57,566 nucleotides of DNA from an uncultured virus (IMG/VR IMGVR_UViG_3300042197_001533). Lineage: Duplodnaviria > Heunggongvirae > Uroviricota > Caudoviricetes. The position numbers and the translations under genes are program-made. Positions 51,958 to 57,566 of this stretch are shown here, piece by piece. A model generated the notes under the pieces. It was not told where the DNA came from and did not search any database. It was given only the letters and a program-made list of their open reading frames with translations. Numbering within the stretch: position 1 is the first letter of the stretch; every line of letters starts with the position of its first letter. The stretch lies in IMG/VR virus record IMGVR_UViG_3300042197_001533. One strand, given 5' to 3'.

Positions 51958-54900
51958 ATGAAAAAGACAGAGAAAATGAAAGCAACCCTTTTCAAAAGAT
52001 GGTCGAATATGTCCATGAGTGTTGACCCTGGCATATCTATGTGTCAATCCCTTATACCTCGTGCACCGCGAGAAAATCTGGATACCTTGAGGTGGCGAAC
52101 CGAATGTGAAGTTGACCGGAACATCTTCATACCATCTCTATTCAGTATAGATAATAAGACCGTGAGACTGGTTCCCTTAGACCTTAATGATAACTAACCG
52201 GATACCCATGAAAGCTGACCGCAATACTTACAACCGTATATTAAAGAGATGGGGATATGTCCGTAACCGTCTCTATGGTGATTATATGCCCATTGCTTCT
52301 TTTGCACTTGGATTACCGCCGGAAGATTATGCGGTCACACGGGAACTTCTTGAAACTGTGGTTGACCGGCGGAGTTACCGGTTACTTGACCCACTCCTTA
52401 CGAATGTAGGGGAAGAGGTTTAGACCTTAATAACTGATATGGACACCGCAGGATTATTTAGAGACTGGGAGACACGCAGGGATGACATTATGCGTGCAAT
52501 TGGGGTGGATGTGTATTTCCTCTTGGATACCCGTGAGAACAGTCACATAGCGGCAGAACTTAGGGTAAGCCGACCAATTGGGTCAGCTCCTTTTAGATTC
52601 AATATACAAGACTTCCACCCTTCTGCAATACCCTTTGATTTATGACCGCTAAATCTTCCGAAAGACTGTTCAGTGAAACCGTCCAAACCAAAACTCTTCC
52701 TGACGACCGACAACTCAGGTCGTTTGCCTTTGCGACACCTGAAGACTTGGATGACCTTGACGATGGCCTTGAAGGAGAATGTCAGCAGCGAATCTGTATC
52801 CCTGAGATATTCTACATGAATCATCAACTTGACATCGTTGCACTTGGTTATGAATAGACTAACCAACTTACCTCCAGAAAGCCTAGCTGAACAACTCATG
52901 CCTCTACCTTATATTGGCGGAATAGTATCTTTTAGTGATTTTAACACCGTTTGCGATGCCACCAATTTTAGTAACCGCGTTGTGCATTTTCCATTTGATG
53001 ACTGGAATTTTTCTGGTCCACTGGGATTAGAGGAAGAATCTTTATGACCGAGGGACTAATTGATAAATGGAGGGATACCTGCGATAAACTCCGCCAAGAC
53101 TTTGCAACCGGTCAGATTGTGAGTTATGGAGATGCGGATACCATTTCTAACGAGACGATTGGTAATCGGATTGTTATACCTTCACCGTTTAGAGTTGGAT
53201 TTGAGATTATATTGATTCCTCTGGGAATAGAACCGGAAGATGACCTTCCATCATGGGCAAACACCGACGTTATCACATGAACCACGACTACAATACAGAC
53301 TTAGGCGACAAGTGGGCGAGAAACTGCCGGAAATTAATACCCAGACTCTCCGCAGAACTACTCTATGGTATTACGAATAAAGATGTGGATTCTGTTTCAG
53401 CAGTTGTCTGGCACCCAATTTCAAGCATAAACATAATATCCGTCTTCAACCACGACAGCGGAATTTCTCAAATAGTTCCACTTTCTCCTTTTGGAATAGA
53501 TGACTGACACCCATTATGAAGAAATATCCACTCCGAATTCATGTAGCATCTAAAATGATGTATGTCCCTATTAACGAATTTTCAAATAACGTCTTCGTGG
53601 TGGGATTGTTGTCAAGGGAACGGAAATATGAAGAAATCAGAGAAGAAACCGGCGACCTACACCGAACGATTGATGCCATAGATTTTGTTTTGTGGGGAAA
53701 CCACTTTGACGTGCACGAGATGTGTTCTAACCTAACTCGTTAAATTTGTGAAAGAATCAAATATATCACTTGACATTACCACGTCTATAAAACCGGACAC
53801 TTATTGGGAAGTGAGGAATGCAATAGATGTCAACGATTTTAGGCCTATCGTAAGCACTGATAGTTTCTTTGTTCTTACCAATGACCATAAAATGATTCCA
53901 TTCGGTTTGGAGGATTAACAATATATGAATGCTAACATGAACGGCGACACACAAAGGCAGGCGATGCCTAGTATGACCATACCAAAAGAAACGGATTACG
54001 TAACCGGCAGCGAAGTGTCGGATAAAATTTGGCACCCGGTATCAAGTTTATGTGGAGGGGTTGACTTCTCATTCATTAACATGAGATTCCCTATCGGTTT
54101 AGATGATTGATTCATTATGGATGACTTAACCGAAAATTGGTTTAAAATAGAACGTAAAACCGCACGAACATCGTGCATTTACGTTTCAATACTCGGCGCT
54201 GCCGGCGAGGATACAATTTCTTCAATAAACGTCCCAAACGAGTTTTTCAGCATTTCTCCATTTGATGTCACCAATGCACCAACTCCACTGGGTCTGGAGG
54301 ATATATGAAATCATTTGACCACGAGTTTCTTGGAACGGTAAAAGATAAAATGGATAAGGCTCTTTGTGACTTTCGCCAGAATCATGGGTTGCCGTGGGAA
54401 GCCAATGAGGTTTATAGAAAATGCACCTTAATTGAAAGAACCGCAGTTAAACCAAGTGTTTTTGAATTTCAAGCCGATGAAGAGACGCAAGTTCTTAACG
54501 CAATACCTATAGGATTTTATGATTGAACCATGTTACGATTTTGAAGAATACCCTCGATGGAGGGATAATCCGAACAAAAAGATCGGAGTCACATGGAACG
54601 CGAGGTGCTCTTTTTGTGGGATTAAAACCGAGAACAAATCCATTTCCGGTGGAGGATTCTACGGAATTGAATCAGATGGAAGAAAGTTTGGATTCGTTTC
54701 AGAAGCAATGTTTATTAACGGACAATGGTTTAAATCAGAACAACGAAAAATAGCCTGTTCAAAATGCTGTCCAGTGTTATTGAATGAATCAAAGGATTGA
54801 TTATGAGCGACGCATCAATTACAATATATACTTTGTCCGTGACCGACCCGATAGTCGCTGTATACAACGCGGTCAATCATACATACCAAGATTTCAGTTG

Positions 54901-56948
54901 TCTTGCGTCCCTGCCATTACGTGAGGAAACCTTTCCCCTAAATCCATTTAGAGACGGTATGATGGAGTTTATAGAAACCTCAAACTGATATGCAAATTGA
55001 ACCATCCATTAAAGAAATGCAGAAGAAGAAGATACACGCTGCGTTAGAACCAGACAAGGAACTACACGATATTCTTCATATAGGCGGAGAATTACCGGCA
55101 GTTTTTCCAGTAAATCCTTGGCGCGAAGGGTGGTATAGTGTAATCTGGCAGGAAAGAACTATATGACCGACAAATCTTCACATAGCGAAGCCAACCGTGT
55201 AATGAATAAGTTCTATATGTTTGAGAACTTTTCACATAGAGGAACGGTGGAGGCCACTGACAACGAAAGCACAAATACCATAGTCACACCCATTTTAACC
55301 TCACCGTCAGTTTGGAATTTCATTCAATATCCGATATTCACCATAGAACAAGTATATGAATGATTACAATAGATACCGATTCTCAACAGCAAAAGATGTC
55401 ATAGGTGATGTCTTAAAATCTGAGTATGAAATCAATTTCTGTAGAAGCCCGTTGTTGAGTGGCGCTGGCTCTCCCGAAGCGGGGATGGAACGGGTCTTGT
55501 TGAGTGACATGACGACGGTAAGCGTATTTGAGTTTGATAACTTTCTTCACTACGTCCCACTCGGAATTCTTCCAACCGACTAATGAAAATTGACATTAAT
55601 ATCGGAAACCATTACAAGAAGACACAGATGGAGACTCTGTATGATTTAAGAAACCGAATGAACTTGATGTCTGATATTTCGTCGGTGGTTCCGGTTATAA
55701 ATCATACTCTGTTTTTAGATTCAAAACGACAAACTTTTGATTCAGTTGAATTTTTACAAACACGTTTAGGCATCCACGAGGTTATTGACCAATGAAAAAA
55801 CCAGATAAAAGTAGTTTACATCCAGATAGATGTCCACTCGATGCGATGAAGATGGGTCAATTCAAAGTGGAAGAATGGCGGAGAGAAATAAACTTGACTC
55901 TTTTTTCTCCTAAAATAAGTGGAGATTATTCGCCAGAGGCAGTCGATAGACTGTTAAATGACCCGAGATTAGCCTCGGAGTTAGAAGCAGTGAAAATTCT
56001 TACAGAGATAGATGACAACTGATACAATCGAACTTCATCCAGGCACAGGATCCATTTCAAACATAATGGCAAGAAATACATCCTACGCGTTGTTTGACCA
56101 AATTATAGACCGAGTGGATGGGTGGGGTTACATAAAATCAAAAATGCCAGAAATTCCAAACGGATTGGGCACGGATAGATTTTACCAAATACTGTATGAT
56201 GAAACCTAAATTTCCTGCCTGCGACGAACGGGTTTATACTCACATTATTGTCGATGAACTAATTGAACGGGAGACCTATCCGGTGTTCCAAGATTTCTTT
56301 TACGGTGTGAATCTACCGACAGCCTTGCAAAATATAGAATCTTCCTTTGGTTGGACAACTGTTGTAGAGTGGAGTCGTGAAAGATGAGTGCTTACGACAC
56401 AATAAGAAATAAGTCCCTAGAATATCTGTATCAGACAGAAAATTCCTTGAATGTAGATACCTCAGACGAAACGTGGGAGTTTTTATCTCCGGAATATCTA
56501 GTGGATATGACTCTAAGAAACAGAGATGTAGGCACGATTTGGTTGGATTTATTTTTATGAAAAACGAAGCAGAGAAGACTTTAGCAACCGCGCACGATAT
56601 TCTACAGACCATATCTGAGGCAGTCACAGCTGCTTCCGGGTGTGACATATCAGATATTACATTACCGATTGATGCAGTCTGTATCGCATTACACGACTCA
56701 ACCAGAGATTCAGCGGAAACTTTCGTCCCGCTTGCAATTCAAGGAAGTGTGACGGTATGAATGAGTTAAGACAAAAATACCCACAATTTGAATTCAGCGA
56801 AGAGGTGTATTTCATCAAAGACCGAACCTACATTCGTGCAGAATACAAAGACGAGGCTCTCGCAGAAGCCGTCGGAGACTATTACTACTGTTTTGAGGAT
56901 GGTAACTTCTTATTGGTTGAAGATTTTAATGACTTAATGGCGGACTGA
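51958..56948 (+). other. Tandem array of ~22 small (55-95 aa) ORFs, many ending in P-[LIF]-G-[ILF]-[DE]
   Basis: Abutting or overlapping ORFs after one promoter (~51917-51945). Confidence 0.7.
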
Positions 56949-56949
56949 T

Positions 56950-57566
56950 ATGAAAACTATACAAAAAATAAAATCAACTAAAATCGAAATCGGTGAAATC
57001 TACAAAGGACTTCGTGAAAAGGAATACTTAAACGAATTTTCTAAATATGTGAAGGTAACGTGTGAAGATAGAAAAAATAAAGACCTCTACAACAAAGATG
57101 CAGTTTTTAAACAAAAATTTTCCGGATTTTCAAGCGAAGCGTCTGAATCTTTCGTGTTGTATCTTTTAAGTAAAAATCTTTTGTTAAAAGAACTTGGCAA
57201 AAAAGAGTGTATCCTCACAGGCAGAACCAAGTCGGGAAGCAATGACATCCTTATAAACGAAAAACACTCGGTTGAGGTGAAGGCAACCAGTTCGGATTCT
57301 GGTCTTATCACCGTGTCAAAAAACAACCTTAAATGTTACGCGTGGATTTGGATGGATCTTAGATTGCTTTTAAACGGTAAATCAAATATCATCAATATCC
57401 ATGTAGTCAAGAATCCTAAAGAGCACATCTTTACGTGGGTTATTGACACAAACAAAGAACATAAAATGGATATAAAAACTATGGTAACAGGAATATCAAA
57501 TGCCAAAGACTACGAGTTGTTAGAATTAGATATGAAATCGTTGGAGATAAATCCAGAAACCGTCAG
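56950..57566 (+). CDS. PD-(D/E)xK-like nuclease, truncated by the window end
   Basis: Hand-translated MKTIQKIKS...GSNDILINEKHSVEVKATSS; AT-rich; absent from the track, presumably because there is no stop in the window. Confidence 0.55.
   Translation, partial: MKTIQKIKSTKIEIGEIYKGLREKEYLNEFSKYVKVTCEDRKNKDLYNKDAVFKQKFSGFSSEASESFVLYLLSKNLLLKELGKKECILTGRTKSGSNDILINEKHSVEVKATSSDSGLITVSKNNLKCYAWIWMDLRLLLNGKSNIINIHVVKNPKEHIFTWVIDTNKEHKMDIKTMVTGISNAKDYELLELDMKSLEINPETV

Overview
A 57.6-kb accessory/early segment of a large lytic (probably jumbo) bacteriophage genome; no virion or core replication genes are present. Layout: + strand genes from ~1.0 to 32.5 kb, a converging - strand block from ~32.6 to 51.0 kb, a ~0.9-kb non-coding divergence region, then + strand small ORFs to the end. 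Most genes are short hypotheticals, each with its own near-identical sigma70-type promoter (TTGACT-N16/17-TAnnnT) whose ATG lies ~8-11 nt past the -10 box (leaderless-type, no Shine-Dalgarno). Recognisable genes: Rnl1- and Rnl2-type RNA ligases, a metallophosphoesterase, a SpoT/MESH1-like HD hydrolase, a 2H phosphoesterase, GP88, a Lar-like protein, an HNH endonuclease, an SF2 helicase, rIIA/rIIB-like proteins and a DUF6745 protein. About 25 tRNA genes were read by eye (most in a - strand array at 32.7-38.5 kb), plus about nine tRNA-shaped RNAs with deleted, shrunken or expanded anticodon arms and a four-copy structured RNA motif. Best finding: an apparent ribosome-sensing attenuator at the head of the tRNA array (promoter, 18-codon leader, antiterminator, terminator). 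Its first 14 codons use exactly the 11 amino acids of the downstream canonical tRNAs, suggesting the phage switches on its tRNA array when host tRNAs are depleted. All calls are manual; no searches were run.
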